64,000 bases of DNA from an uncultured Arcobacter sp. (GCA_965140705.1 OZ223300.1:1504001-1568000), one strand, 5' to 3'; shown: positions 39,548 through 52,641, numbered from the stretch's first letter. Made by a program: numbers and translations. Notes: generated by a model not told the origin, from the sequence alone.

Positions 39548-39570
39548 CAGTAAAGAAAGTAGAAAATAAT

Positions 39571-39762
39571 TTGGAAGAAAATAGTTTAGAAAAAGAAGCT
39601 TACAGATTAAGATTTGAATATTATAATCTTTATGAAAATAAAGAGTTACAGTGGCATGAAAAGTATAAAAATCATCAATTATATAATATCGTAGTTGAGG
39701 GATTTAAATATAGATTTCACGAAATTGCACAAGAGATGCCAAAACTATTAAAGAAACTTTAA
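39571..39762 (+). CDS. small hypothetical protein
   Basis: 63-aa frame with TTG start and protein-like composition. Confidence 0.55.
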   Translation: MEENSLEKEAYRLRFEYYNLYENKELQWHEKYKNHQLYNIVVEGFKYRFHEIAQEMPKLLKKL

Positions 39763-39877
39763 TTTAAGTATAAAAATAAATATTTTTACACTTAATCAAC
39801 TTCTAATGTGAGATTAATTTTCAATTATTATTCTTATGATATAATTGCGTTTAATTAAAAACAAGGTTTAGCTAATA

Positions 39878-41350
39878 ATGGAAATTTCTCCAATTAAGAC
39901 ACAAAAATTCATAATAAAACTCTTCCCCGAAATAATGATAAAAGGAACCTCTGCAAAAAGACAAATGGTAGGAAGACTACATGGAAATTTGCAGAGACTT
40001 TTTGCACAAATCTCAGATGATATTACAATAAAAAAATTTTTTGATAAAATAGAAGTAGTTTGTCCTATAGAGTTTGTAACAGAAGTAAGAATTAAACTTT
40101 TAGATACTCCTGGTATCGAGTTAGTTTTAGAGGCACTACAATTTGACAAAATAACAACAATTGATGAAATAAAAGAGATAGTAAATGAACATATGGCAAA
40201 AGAGATAGAAAATAAATCTTTTGTGGTAAGAGTTAAGCGTTCAGGAACACATGATTTTAAATCTACTGAAATAGAGCAAACTGTTGGTGGATATATGTTA
40301 AATAAAAATAGAGATTTGACTAAAGGTGTTGATTTACGAAATGCTGAAGTTACTATAAATCTAGAACTTATAAATAATCAATTAAATATAATAACACTTA
40401 AGCATAAAGGTCTTGGTGGATTTCCTTTAGGTTCTCAAGGTGAGATTTTATCTCTTATGTCAGGTGGTTTTGACTCAACAGTTGCTTCTTATCTTACTAT
40501 GAAAAGAGGAATTAAAACTCACTTTGTATTTTTCAATCTTGGTGGAGTAGCACATGAGATAGGTGTAAAACAAGTAGCTTTATATCTATGGAATAAGTTT
40601 GGATCTTCACATAGAGTTACATTTACTTCTATTCCTTTTGATGATGTTGTTACTGAGATATTTAGATCAACACATGAAACATACATGGGTGTAACACTAA
40701 AAAGACTTATGTTAAAAGCAGCTGAGAAAATAGCAAATGATTTAAAAATAGATGCTCTTCTTACGGGTGAAAGTGTTGCTCAAGTTTCTAGTCAAACTCT
40801 AAGAAACTTAGCTTTAATTGACCAATCAACAAATAAATTGGTTCTAAGACCACTTGCTACAATGAATAAACCAGACATTATAAATATAGCAAATGAAATT
40901 GGTACTAAAAGATTTGCAGAAACTATGCCTGAATATTGTGGTGTTATTTCAAAAAATCCAACTATTCATGGCTCTTATGACAGAATGGAAAAAGAGTCTA
41001 AAAAATTTAATTATTCTGTTTTGGATAAAGCTATTGAAAATGCTATTCAAATAAATGTTGATGAGATTAGTGAAGATATAAAAGATATTGGAGAAATGGA
41101 AATTGTAAGTGATATTTCAAATGGGAAATATGTTATTATTGATATTCGACAAACACCTGAGTGTATAGAGACATCTTGTGAGACTTTAAAGATTCCTTTT
41201 TATAAACTAAAAACAGAGTTTGAAAAACTTCCCCAAGATAAAGAGTATTTATTTTATTGTGAGAAAGGAATATTAAGTCAATTACATGCTCAATATTTAA
41301 AAGATGCAAAAAACTTTAATAATATAAAAGTATATAGACCAATAAAATAA
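39878..41350 (+). CDS. thiI: tRNA 4-thiouridine synthase ThiI with C-terminal rhodanese domain
   Basis: PEIMIKG, THUMP region, LMSGGFDS PP-loop, GESVAQVSSQT, PEYCG, LFYCEKG. Confidence 0.95.
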   Translation: MEISPIKTQKFIIKLFPEIMIKGTSAKRQMVGRLHGNLQRLFAQISDDITIKKFFDKIEVVCPIEFVTEVRIKLLDTPGIELVLEALQFDKITTIDEIKEIVNEHMAKEIENKSFVVRVKRSGTHDFKSTEIEQTVGGYMLNKNRDLTKGVDLRNAEVTINLELINNQLNIITLKHKGLGGFPLGSQGEILSLMSGGFDSTVASYLTMKRGIKTHFVFFNLGGVAHEIGVKQVALYLWNKFGSSHRVTFTSIPFDDVVTEIFRSTHETYMGVTLKRLMLKAAEKIANDLKIDALLTGESVAQVSSQTLRNLALIDQSTNKLVLRPLATMNKPDIINIANEIGTKRFAETMPEYCGVISKNPTIHGSYDRMEKESKKFNYSVLDKAIENAIQINVDEISEDIKDIGEMEIVSDISNGKYVIIDIRQTPECIETSCETLKIPFYKLKTEFEKLPQDKEYLFYCEKGILSQLHAQYLKDAKNFNNIKVYRPIK

Positions 41351-41454
41351 TAAAATATATTTTAACAACTTAATGGTATAATAAGAAATTTTAGGTATAA
41401 ATTCATTTTTAATAATAAATAATAATAAATAAAAGAAAAAAGACAAGGTAAAAT

Positions 41455-42951
41455 ATGAAAAATTCAGCTGATGTTGAAAAATGGCTAGAAAGACATTCAA
41501 TTGGTAATTATTTTATTTCAAAAGATTTAAAGATAACTGTTCATGGAAACGTGAACTTAAATGGTAAGATAAAAGAATCTAAGCTACCAGTAAAATTTGA
41601 TGTTGTTGATGGATATTTTGATATTAGTCATAATACATTAACTTCACTAGATGGATGTCCAGAGAAAGTAACTGGAGACTTTAATTGCTCACATAATAGT
41701 ATAGAATCTTTACATGGGTCTCCAATAGCAGTTGCTGATTTTAATTGTTCTCATAATAGATTGACTACTCTATCTTATTGTCCAAAAGAGATATTAGGAT
41801 ATATTGATTGTTCAAATAACGAAATTACTTCAATAAAAGGAAGCCCAAGAACTGTAAGAGGCTATTTTAACTGTTCTGAAAATAAAATACATACTTTAAA
41901 AGGTGGACCAAAATATGTGACATTGTATTTTGATTGTTCACATAATATATTAAGAGAGTTAAAAGGTGGTCCAATAACTGTTGGGGAGGATTATATTTGT
42001 AATGGAAATGAGATACAAGATTTAGATGGTATCTCAGATGAAATTGGTTGGGATTTAATAACTGATGTTAGATTGAACCATTTAGTTCATAGTTTTGATG
42101 AAATTACAACTACTTGGAGATACAAAGGTAAAGATGTTGTTGAACACGTTTATAAACCAATTGTTTCTTTACAAAACAAAGAAGATATTGCTAGATGGTT
42201 GCATAAACATGATATAAAAGATTATAAAATATCTGATGATAACTCAGTTACAGTAAATGGAAGAGTTAAGTTAAATGATAGATTAGCAAATCTTTCAAGA
42301 CTTCCTTTGAAGTTTAATGAAATAAATGGTGACTTTGATATTAGTGATAATGAATTAACTTCACTAGAAGGTTGTCCAAGTGTTATAAAAGGTGATTTTT
42401 TAGCTTTCAAAAATGAAATTTATTCTTTAAAAGGTGGACCAAAAGAGGTTCATGGAAATTATGTTATTTTAAAAAACAATATTACAAATTTAAAATATGC
42501 ACCAACAATTGTTAAAGATGATTTTATTTGTTCACATAATCCGATAGATAGTTTAGAAGGATTAAATTTAGTACAAGGTTCTATTTTTACAAATGTTTCT
42601 TTACCTGATTTAAAATCACAAAAATTTGTTTATAATAAAGTAACTACTTATAAATACTCTGGTGATTTGGTATGTGAATATTTAGATAGAATTTATGTAA
42701 CATTAACTGATGAAGAGAAAATTTTTGAAAATACAAGAAAGAAACTCCATAATGGAATTACAAGATTAATAAATACAAATGGATTGAAAAAAGAGATGGT
42801 AACAGATACTTTACTTAAAAATTTAACAAAATATAATCTAAATGATTTAAAAGAAAAAGTACTTTGTATTAGAAATCCAAGTGATATTGATAAAGAAAGA
42901 GAACTAACAGAAAAAGAGCTTTTAAAATTAGCTTTTGATCAAGAACTTTAA
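41455..42951 (+). CDS. cysteine-containing LRR-like repeat protein made of two duplicated modules
   Basis: About 21-aa repeats G.F.CS.N.(L/I).SL.G.P..V in two arrays, each with its own cap. Confidence 0.8.
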   Translation: MKNSADVEKWLERHSIGNYFISKDLKITVHGNVNLNGKIKESKLPVKFDVVDGYFDISHNTLTSLDGCPEKVTGDFNCSHNSIESLHGSPIAVADFNCSHNRLTTLSYCPKEILGYIDCSNNEITSIKGSPRTVRGYFNCSENKIHTLKGGPKYVTLYFDCSHNILRELKGGPITVGEDYICNGNEIQDLDGISDEIGWDLITDVRLNHLVHSFDEITTTWRYKGKDVVEHVYKPIVSLQNKEDIARWLHKHDIKDYKISDDNSVTVNGRVKLNDRLANLSRLPLKFNEINGDFDISDNELTSLEGCPSVIKGDFLAFKNEIYSLKGGPKEVHGNYVILKNNITNLKYAPTIVKDDFICSHNPIDSLEGLNLVQGSIFTNVSLPDLKSQKFVYNKVTTYKYSGDLVCEYLDRIYVTLTDEEKIFENTRKKLHNGITRLINTNGLKKEMVTDTLLKNLTKYNLNDLKEKVLCIRNPSDIDKERELTEKELLKLAFDQEL

Positions 42952-43022
42952 TCGTTTTACTTTCAGTTTAGTTTACTTTAGTTAAAATCGCGAATTACGA
43001 AAACAACAAGTAGGGAAAATAT

Positions 43023-44612
43023 ATGGTTCAAACAGTCAATTTAAAAAAATCATTTGGTGCAAGAGTTTTATTTCAAGATATAAATTTAAAGCTAGATGCA
43101 GGGAAAAGATATGGTTTAATTGGTGCTAATGGTGCTGGTAAAACTACATTCCTAAAAATTTTATCTGGTGAAGAAGAAGCAACAGAGGGTGAAGTACAAG
43201 TTCAAAATGGCAAAAAAGTTGGAACTTTAAGTCAAAATCAATTTGCTTATGAAACATATAGTTTATTTGATACAGTTTTACTTGGAAATAGAAGATTATA
43301 CAATGCTATTAAAGAAAAAGAAAAACTTTATATGGAAGAGTATACTGATGAAATTGGTGAAAAACTAGGTGAGTTGGAAATCATATGTTGTGAAGAAGAC
43401 CCCACATATGAGTATGATGTTAAAATTACTAAAATATTAGAAGAGTTAGGTTTCCCAGCATCAAGTCATAGTGACTTAATGTCAACACTTACAGGTGGAG
43501 ATAAATTTAAAGTTTTATTAGCACAAGTTTTATATCCAAAACCAGATGTATTATTTTTAGATGAGCCAACAAATAACCTTGATATAGAGACAATTGGTTG
43601 GTTAGAGAACCAATTACAACATCATGATGGTACTATGGTTGTTATTTCACATGATAGACACTTCTTAAATGCTGTATGTACTCATATCTTAGATGTTGAC
43701 TATAAACAAATTAGAGAGTTTAGTGGTACTTATGATGATTGGTATATCGCATCTACTTTAATGGCTAAACAACAACAAGCTGATGTAAATAAAAAGCTTA
43801 AAGAGAAAGAAGAGTTAGAAAAATTTATTGCTAGATTTAGTGCAAATGCATCAAAAGCTAGACAAGCAACATCAAGACAAAAACAACTTGATAAGTTAGA
43901 TGTTGGATCTATTCAAGTTTCAAGTAGAAGAGACCCTTCTATTATCTTCAGACAAAAAAGAGAAGTAGGTAAAGAGTTACTTACAGTTAGAAATATCTCT
44001 AAATCATATGATGATAAAGTTGTTTTAAATGATATTTCATTTACTGTTGAAAAAGGTGATAAAATTGCACTTATTGGGCCAAATGGAATTGGTAAAACAA
44101 CTTTATGTGAAATTTTAATGGAAAAAATAAAACCAGATAGTGGTGAAGTTTTTTGGGGAGCAACAATTCAAAATGGATACTTTCCTCAAAATGCAACAGA
44201 TATTATTAAAGGTGAAATGACACTATATGATTGGTTAAGAGATTTTGATAGAGATGCAGATATTTCTGAAATAAGAAACTGTCTTGGTAGAATGTTATTT
44301 AATGGTCAAGAACAAGAGAAAAAAGTAAGTTCTTGTAGTGGGGGAGAGAAACATAGAATGTGGCTTTCAAAAATCATGTTAGAACAACCAAATTTTATGG
44401 TACTTGATGAACCAACAAACCACTTAGACCTTGAAGCAATTATTGCTTTAGGTGAAGGACTTTTAGAATATCCTGGTTCTGTTATTTGTGTATCACACGA
44501 TAGGGAATTACTTGATGCTTATGCAAATAGAATTATTGAAATCCAAAGTGATGGATCTATTGTAGATTTTAAAGGTACTTACGAAGAGTATATTGAATCA
44601 AAAGAAGCTTAG
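43023..44612 (+). CDS. ABC-F family ATPase (YbiT-like)
   Basis: Two ABC domains (GANGAGKT, GPNGIGKT), LDEPTNNLD / LDEPTNHLD, RFSANASKARQATSR linker, no TM. Confidence 0.92.
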   Translation: MVQTVNLKKSFGARVLFQDINLKLDAGKRYGLIGANGAGKTTFLKILSGEEEATEGEVQVQNGKKVGTLSQNQFAYETYSLFDTVLLGNRRLYNAIKEKEKLYMEEYTDEIGEKLGELEIICCEEDPTYEYDVKITKILEELGFPASSHSDLMSTLTGGDKFKVLLAQVLYPKPDVLFLDEPTNNLDIETIGWLENQLQHHDGTMVVISHDRHFLNAVCTHILDVDYKQIREFSGTYDDWYIASTLMAKQQQADVNKKLKEKEELEKFIARFSANASKARQATSRQKQLDKLDVGSIQVSSRRDPSIIFRQKREVGKELLTVRNISKSYDDKVVLNDISFTVEKGDKIALIGPNGIGKTTLCEILMEKIKPDSGEVFWGATIQNGYFPQNATDIIKGEMTLYDWLRDFDRDADISEIRNCLGRMLFNGQEQEKKVSSCSGGEKHRMWLSKIMLEQPNFMVLDEPTNHLDLEAIIALGEGLLEYPGSVICVSHDRELLDAYANRIIEIQSDGSIVDFKGTYEEYIESKEA

Positions 44613-44623
44613 GCTTCTTTTGA
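44598..44623. terminator. intrinsic terminator overlapping the ABC-F stop codon
   Basis: TCAAAAGAAGC-TTAG-GCTTCTTTTGA. Confidence 0.7.
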
Positions 44624-44627
44624 AAAA

Positions 44628-45113
44628 CTAATAAATAGTTTTTAATGCATGTTTTGAAGACATTCTTAGCTCTCTTCTTTTGATAGCATCGTTATATCTT
44701 CTTTTTTCATCTTCAGTTATAGGTTCTAGTTTTGGGACTGGTAATGGCTCCCAATTTTCATCAACTGCTACCATTGTAAAATAACATACATTTGTATTTT
44801 TTATTGTATGGTCTTTTATATCTTCAGAAATGACTTTTATACCAATTTCCATAGACGTTCTTCCAACATAATTTACAGATGCATGAAATGTAACTAATGA
44901 ACCTATTTTGATAGGATCTTTAAATAAAACCATATCAACAGACAAAGTTACTGCATATCCCCCTGAATATCTAGCTGCACATGCATATGCGACATGATCT
45001 AACATTTTTAGAATCTCACCACCATGTACATTCTTCCCACTAAAATTAGCTTTATCAGGTGTCATTAACATAGTCATTGTAAGAGATTTTTCACCTTTTA
45101 CTGTATTACTCAT
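44628..45113 (-). CDS. acyl-CoA thioesterase (hotdog fold, YciA-like)
   Basis: ANFSGKNVHGG.ILK.LD, VGRTSMEIG, YFTMVAVD. Confidence 0.9.
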   Translation of the reverse strand: MSNTVKGEKSLTMTMLMTPDKANFSGKNVHGGEILKMLDHVAYACAARYSGGYAVTLSVDMVLFKDPIKIGSLVTFHASVNYVGRTSMEIGIKVISEDIKDHTIKNTNVCYFTMVAVDENWEPLPVPKLEPITEDEKRRYNDAIKRRELRMSSKHALKTIY

Positions 45114-45235
45114 ATATAACCTTTGTAAAATATCTTTTAATTATAGACTAAATATATATAAATTTATAATAAAAACTTATATTAAGAGAGTTCAAAATTT
45201 AAAAATTTATAAAAAAGTAACACTTGGTAAATATT

Positions 45236-47897
<2,662 letters not shown>

Positions 47898-47959
47898 AAG
47901 AAATTATATCATTTTAAACTAATATTTTTTTTGATATAATTTCCCACTATGGAGAAAAT

Positions 47960-48301
47960 ATGAGTTATTTAGATATTTGTATATTAGGTTGGAACTTAAA
48001 TGCTTTAATGTTTGTCATTAATTTATTTCTTGCTATAAAAGTAATAAGAGCGACTGATGTTGAAGTAATACAAGAACAAACTAGACTATTAGAAGAATTA
48101 AAATTTGAATTCGATAAGTACTACCCAAATAGAAAATTGGAGATATCAATTTCATATGCTGTTCCATTTACTGCATTTTTTAGAATGTCATTAAGAATTC
48201 TTGAAATGATTTTTTTCTTTACAAAAAATAAAAATACTACTATGTATGATTTTATGGTTTATAAATATTCATACGATATCCAAAAAGCTAAATCCAAATA
48301 G
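47960..48301 (+). CDS. hypothetical membrane protein
   Basis: GGAG RBS, upstream TGATATAAT, hydrophobic N-terminus. Confidence 0.7.
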   Translation: MSYLDICILGWNLNALMFVINLFLAIKVIRATDVEVIQEQTRLLEELKFEFDKYYPNRKLEISISYAVPFTAFFRMSLRILEMIFFFTKNKNTTMYDFMVYKYSYDIQKAKSK

Positions 48302-48330
48302 TATTTAGTAAATCTCTTTTTTAAATAAAT

Positions 48331-48405
<75 letters not shown>

Positions 48406-48538
48406 TACAAATTACTACATTATTTTTAAGATTTACAAATACTACCAAAGAATCTGAAGAGTGGTTTTATTCTGAAAAGAAAACTTTAGGAAGATACTTA
48501 GAAAGATTAGAATAGATCTTTGCTTTAAAAATCAAAAA

Positions 48539-48571
48539 TGCAAGTTTTATGACAGCCTTTAATGGTATAAT
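48539..48571 (+). promoter_or_regulatory. 18-bp conserved box plus extended -10 (usp-tctD-tctE promoter)
   Basis: TGCAAGTTTTATGACAGC-9 nt-TATAAT with TG extension. Confidence 0.75.
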
Positions 48572-48600
48572 TAACAATATATTTTCTTAAAGGATTTTTT

Positions 48601-49449
48601 ATGATTTACAAAAAAATGTTTTTTCCTATTGGTGGTGGTGAAGAGTTAAAAGAGAGATTATTTGCAGCTTTATTAATTGCAAAATATTTTAATGCAAATT
48701 TAGAAATTTTAAAATGTTTACATGATAGCGGTAAAAAAATGTATAAAAATTTAGGCATTTCTAGTCATATAATGAAAGAAATTGATGATGTAATTGCTTT
48801 AAAAGCAAAAGAAGAATCAATTGAATTTGAAAAATCTCTTATAGAAATTGGAAAAATTGTTGGAATGGAAGTCTCAACTACTCCAATTCCAAATAAAGTC
48901 CATGCACTTTTGACTGTAAAAGAGGGGAATAGAAGTCTTTTAGTTGAAGAAGAGTCTAAATTTTGTGATATTGTAATTGCGGCTGCTCCTCCATCTGGAA
49001 TTGCAACTGCCACTTTTGAAACATCAGTGTTAAAAAGTGGGAAACCTGTTCTTATGTTTCCACGAACAATGAAAACATTTAATACAAAATCAATACTTAT
49101 TGGTTGGAATAATACAGTTGAGTCATCACGAGCTATAACTGCCTCTATTGAATTACTTAAACAAGCTGAAAGAGTGCAAATCGTCTCTTCAGATGAATAT
49201 AGTGGTGATATGATAAAAATTAATCAATTAATTGATTATCTTAAATTTCACGATATTGAAGCTAGTTATAAAATTGTAGAAACAACAAGAATACCTGGAC
49301 AAGCGTTATTAAATGCTGCACTTGATGGAAACTTTGACTTAATAGTTGCAGGTGCTTATGGTCATAAAGGATTAAGAGAACTTATGTTTGGTGGTGCTAC
49401 TAGATATTTATTAGAACATTCTACTTTACCAGTATTTATGTCTCACTAG
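48601..49449 (+). CDS. universal stress protein (tandem USP type)
   Basis: SGKPVL.FP, ILIGWN...ESSRAI, DLIVAGAYGH.GLRELMFGGATR.LL....LPVFMSH. Confidence 0.9.
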   Translation: MIYKKMFFPIGGGEELKERLFAALLIAKYFNANLEILKCLHDSGKKMYKNLGISSHIMKEIDDVIALKAKEESIEFEKSLIEIGKIVGMEVSTTPIPNKVHALLTVKEGNRSLLVEEESKFCDIVIAAAPPSGIATATFETSVLKSGKPVLMFPRTMKTFNTKSILIGWNNTVESSRAITASIELLKQAERVQIVSSDEYSGDMIKINQLIDYLKFHDIEASYKIVETTRIPGQALLNAALDGNFDLIVAGAYGHKGLRELMFGGATRYLLEHSTLPVFMSH

Positions 49450-49468
49450 ATTAGTGTAAAATATTTCT

Positions 49469-50128
49469 ATGAAAATATTATTACTTGAAGATAATAAAAC
49501 ATTAGCAAAGGGAATATTTAATAAATTAGAGCAATATGGATATATAATAGACCTCTTCTATGATGGAGAGGAGGGTCTATATTCTTTAAAAACCTATAAT
49601 TATGACCTTTTAATTTTGGACTTGGGCTTACCAAGTTTAGATGGGATTGATATTATAAAAGACTTAAGAAATTCTCAAAAAGATATTCCTATATTAATCA
49701 TTTCTGCTAGAGATAAACTTGACCAGAGAATTTTAGGATTGGATAGTGGGGCAGATGATTATCTATGTAAACCCTTTGATCTTGATGAAGTAATAGCTAG
49801 GGTTCAAGCATTATTAAGAAGAAGCAAAAATCAGCTTTCTAAGTTAATTAAGTATAAAGATTTAGAATATAATTCTTTATCTAAAACAGTAACTAAAGAT
49901 GATGTAGTTATAGAATTAAGTAAAAGAGAGATAAATATCTTTGAACATATGTTATTAAATCTAAATAATGTAGTTAGTAAGGAGAATATAGTAGACCATA
50001 TTACTTCTTTTGATGATGATTTTAACCCAACTGCTGTTGAAACTTATGTTTCAAGACTAAGAAAAAAACTAGGAGATTCTATCAATTTAAAAACAGTTAG
50101 AGGCTTAGGGTATATACTTAATTCATAA
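49469..50128 (+). CDS. tctD: OmpR-family response regulator, TctD-like
   Basis: ILDLGLP.LDG, GADDYL.KPF, AVETYVSRLRKKL, TVRGLGY; adjacent to a TTT transporter. Confidence 0.8.
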   Translation: MKILLLEDNKTLAKGIFNKLEQYGYIIDLFYDGEEGLYSLKTYNYDLLILDLGLPSLDGIDIIKDLRNSQKDIPILIISARDKLDQRILGLDSGADDYLCKPFDLDEVIARVQALLRRSKNQLSKLIKYKDLEYNSLSKTVTKDDVVIELSKREINIFEHMLLNLNNVVSKENIVDHITSFDDDFNPTAVETYVSRLRKKLGDSINLKTVRGLGYILNS

Positions 50129-51495
50129 TGGAAAAAAATAATACACAATCTATTAGTTCCCGTTTAGTTATTTGGCTAACTATTCCTTTAATAATCTTTT
50201 CTATTTTACTATTTTCTGTTATCTATTTTTTCGTAAATGAAAAAGTAAATAAATTTTATGATAATAATTTATATGCTACTGGTAAAAGTATGGAAGATAG
50301 TATTGGTATTAGAGATGGACATTTGTTAGTTGATTTACCTTACTTTGCAATTGATTTATTATCTTCTAATAATGAAGGTTCAGTTTTTTATTCTATTATT
50401 GATGAAAGAAATAAATTACTTGTGGGATATAAAGGTTTAGTCAATAAAAATATTTTAGGGAATAAAGATAAAGTTTTTTATAATACATCTTTTGCTGCGG
50501 CTCAATTAAGAGCTGTATCCTTTAAAGTAACTATTGTAAATTTTGGTAAGAAACATAAAGCAATAATAACTGTTGGAGAAACTTTAGAGGGAAGGATATC
50601 TGCAATTAATGATATTTTAATTGTATTACTTATTTTAATGGGAGTAGTTATTACTTCAACATTAGTTATCTCTTTTATTGCAGTTAGAAAAGGTCTTAGA
50701 CCTCTATATAATTTACAAAATATAATAAAAAAACGAGATTTAAAAGATTTATCTCCCATAAAGTTTGATGCACCAAAAGAGATTGAAGAGGTATTAAATA
50801 GTATTAATATTCTTTTAGAAAGAAGTAGAAATAATATTAAATACATAGAGCATTTTAATTCAGATGTTTCCCATCAATTAAGGACTCCATTAGCAGAGCT
50901 AAGGGTTAAAGTAGAATTACTTTATAAAAAAGATGAAAAAGAATATATCTCTTTTATGAAACTTCTAGATTCTATGAGTCATATAACTGAACAGCTTCTA
51001 CTTTATGCTAAAACTAATCCAAACTCAATTAATATCAATAGATTCAAGAAAATAAATTTAACACAAATGTGTAAAGAATACGCCCTTAAAACAGCTCCTA
51101 GAGTTTATGCAAGAGGTTTTGAATTTGCATATGAAAATTTTGATAAAGATATATTTATTAATGCTGATTCAATTTTATTAGAAAGTATGTTAGACAATAT
51201 TATCAATAATGCTTTATATTATGCAGTTGATGAAAAAAATAATCCAATGGGAACTATAAGTATAAATATTAAAAGACATAATAATACTATTTGGTTAAAT
51301 GTAAAAGATGAAGGCTATGGTTTAAATACTAAAGATTTAAATCATATTTTTGATAGATTTTACAGAGTAGATTCAAATAAAAAAGGTAATGGATTGGGAT
51401 TAAGTATTGTTAAGCAAATTGCACAGTTACATAATGCAACTGTGCAAGCTTCCAACGATAAAGGATTAGTTATTTCTATAATCTTTCCTTTATAA
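50128..51495 (+). CDS. tctE: sensor histidine kinase, TctE-like
   Basis: VDLPYFAIDLL...VFY N-terminal sensor typical of TctE, SHQLRTPL, FDRFYR, GNGLGL. Confidence 0.8.
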   Translation: MEKNNTQSISSRLVIWLTIPLIIFSILLFSVIYFFVNEKVNKFYDNNLYATGKSMEDSIGIRDGHLLVDLPYFAIDLLSSNNEGSVFYSIIDERNKLLVGYKGLVNKNILGNKDKVFYNTSFAAAQLRAVSFKVTIVNFGKKHKAIITVGETLEGRISAINDILIVLLILMGVVITSTLVISFIAVRKGLRPLYNLQNIIKKRDLKDLSPIKFDAPKEIEEVLNSINILLERSRNNIKYIEHFNSDVSHQLRTPLAELRVKVELLYKKDEKEYISFMKLLDSMSHITEQLLLYAKTNPNSININRFKKINLTQMCKEYALKTAPRVYARGFEFAYENFDKDIFINADSILLESMLDNIINNALYYAVDEKNNPMGTISINIKRHNNTIWLNVKDEGYGLNTKDLNHIFDRFYRVDSNKKGNGLGLSIVKQIAQLHNATVQASNDKGLVISIIFPL

Positions 51496-51509
51496 AAAAG
51501 TAACTATTT

Positions 51510-52508
51510 TTATTCTTTTACTAAATATGAATAAGATTTGAAAATATCAAATGATTCTCGAATTAAACGATTTGATTCTTCAGGACCTGTCCATGTATAA
51601 CCAATTTGATTTGATTTTAAAAATTTTTGAACATCTTTTCTAGCTAAAGTTCTTTTTATAGCATTAGTCAATTTTTCATATCTCTTTGGATATTTTTCTT
51701 TAAACTCTTTTCTAACAGCAAATCCTCTTGTAGAACCATTGAATACTGGAACTTGAAATCCTAAAGGTTCAATTGCTTCATTTAATGTTGGAGCATCCCA
51801 TTGTTTTACTCTTTTATCTTTTACAATAGCCAAAGGTTTGATAAATTCTTTAATAGTTTCACTTCCTTGTGCGGAAATTGCTATTAAATCAACTTGTCCA
51901 CCAGCGATTGCTGTTCTTGCTTTACCTCCACTATTATATACAACAAGATTCAAATTTTCTTGAGGTATATTATATTTATCTAGCATAAGTTTTAAGAGCA
52001 ATTGTCCTACTGAACCTTGAAAAACAGCAGCTTTTATAGTTTTTGGATGATTTTTAATTGCATTTAAAATTTCAACCATGCTGTTATATTTTGAGTTTTT
52101 ATTTACAGCAAATAATTCAAAATCAAGCCATTGTACGTTGATAAAATCAAAATCACTTATTTTGTATTTTGCACCACCTGTTAAAATTGTATTAGCTAAA
52201 AATGGTGAGAAAGTTGAGGCAAATACCGTATATCCATCAGCAGGTTTTTTTAATACATAATTAGCAGCAATTTGTGTACTTGCTCCTTTTTTATTAAAAA
52301 CTTTGATTGGAGTATTTAACTCATCTGATAAAAAAGTAGACATTGATCTTGTCATTCTATCGGCACTTCCCCCAATACCGAAACCTACAACAAAATTAAT
52401 TGGTTTATTAGGATATTCATCTGCTTGTAAACTTGTAGCAAATAAATTTATTCCTAATGTTAAAATTACAGCAGATTTAATTGCTGATTTAATCATTACT
52501 TTATACAT
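51510..52508 (-). CDS. tctC: tripartite tricarboxylate transporter substrate-binding protein (TctC/Bug), copy 2
   Basis: Signal peptide, YPNKPINFVVGF..GGSAD, PADGYT, AIAGGQVD. Confidence 0.88.
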   Translation of the reverse strand: MYKVMIKSAIKSAVILTLGINLFATSLQADEYPNKPINFVVGFGIGGSADRMTRSMSTFLSDELNTPIKVFNKKGASTQIAANYVLKKPADGYTVFASTFSPFLANTILTGGAKYKISDFDFINVQWLDFELFAVNKNSKYNSMVEILNAIKNHPKTIKAAVFQGSVGQLLLKLMLDKYNIPQENLNLVVYNSGGKARTAIAGGQVDLIAISAQGSETIKEFIKPLAIVKDKRVKQWDAPTLNEAIEPLGFQVPVFNGSTRGFAVRKEFKEKYPKRYEKLTNAIKRTLARKDVQKFLKSNQIGYTWTGPEESNRLIRESFDIFKSYSYLVKE

Positions 52509-52535
52509 ATAACTCCTTTATTATTAGTATTTAAG

Positions 52536-52568
52536 ATTTTAACAAATAAAGCTGTCGTGAAACTTGCA
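52536..52568 (-). promoter_or_regulatory. 18-bp conserved box plus extended -10 (tctC copy 2 promoter)
   Basis: Minus strand: TGCAAGTTTCACGACAGC-TTTATTTGT-TAAAAT. Confidence 0.75.
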
Positions 52569-52600
52569 AATAGGATTAGAAAAAGATAAAAAAAGAAGAG

Positions 52601-52629
52601 TTACACAGTTAATTTATATAACTGTGTAA
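52601..52629 (-). terminator. intrinsic terminator after tctA
   Basis: TTACACAGTTA-ATTTATA-TAACTGTGTAA followed by a T-rich tract on the minus strand. Confidence 0.7.
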
Positions 52630-52641
52630 ATTAAAATTATA

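Noticed and set aside
41455..42951. DGR target or nucleotide tandem repeat / CRISPR-like array
   Set aside because: Repeats are degenerate at DNA level and only evident in protein; no reverse transcriptase, template repeat or spacer structure
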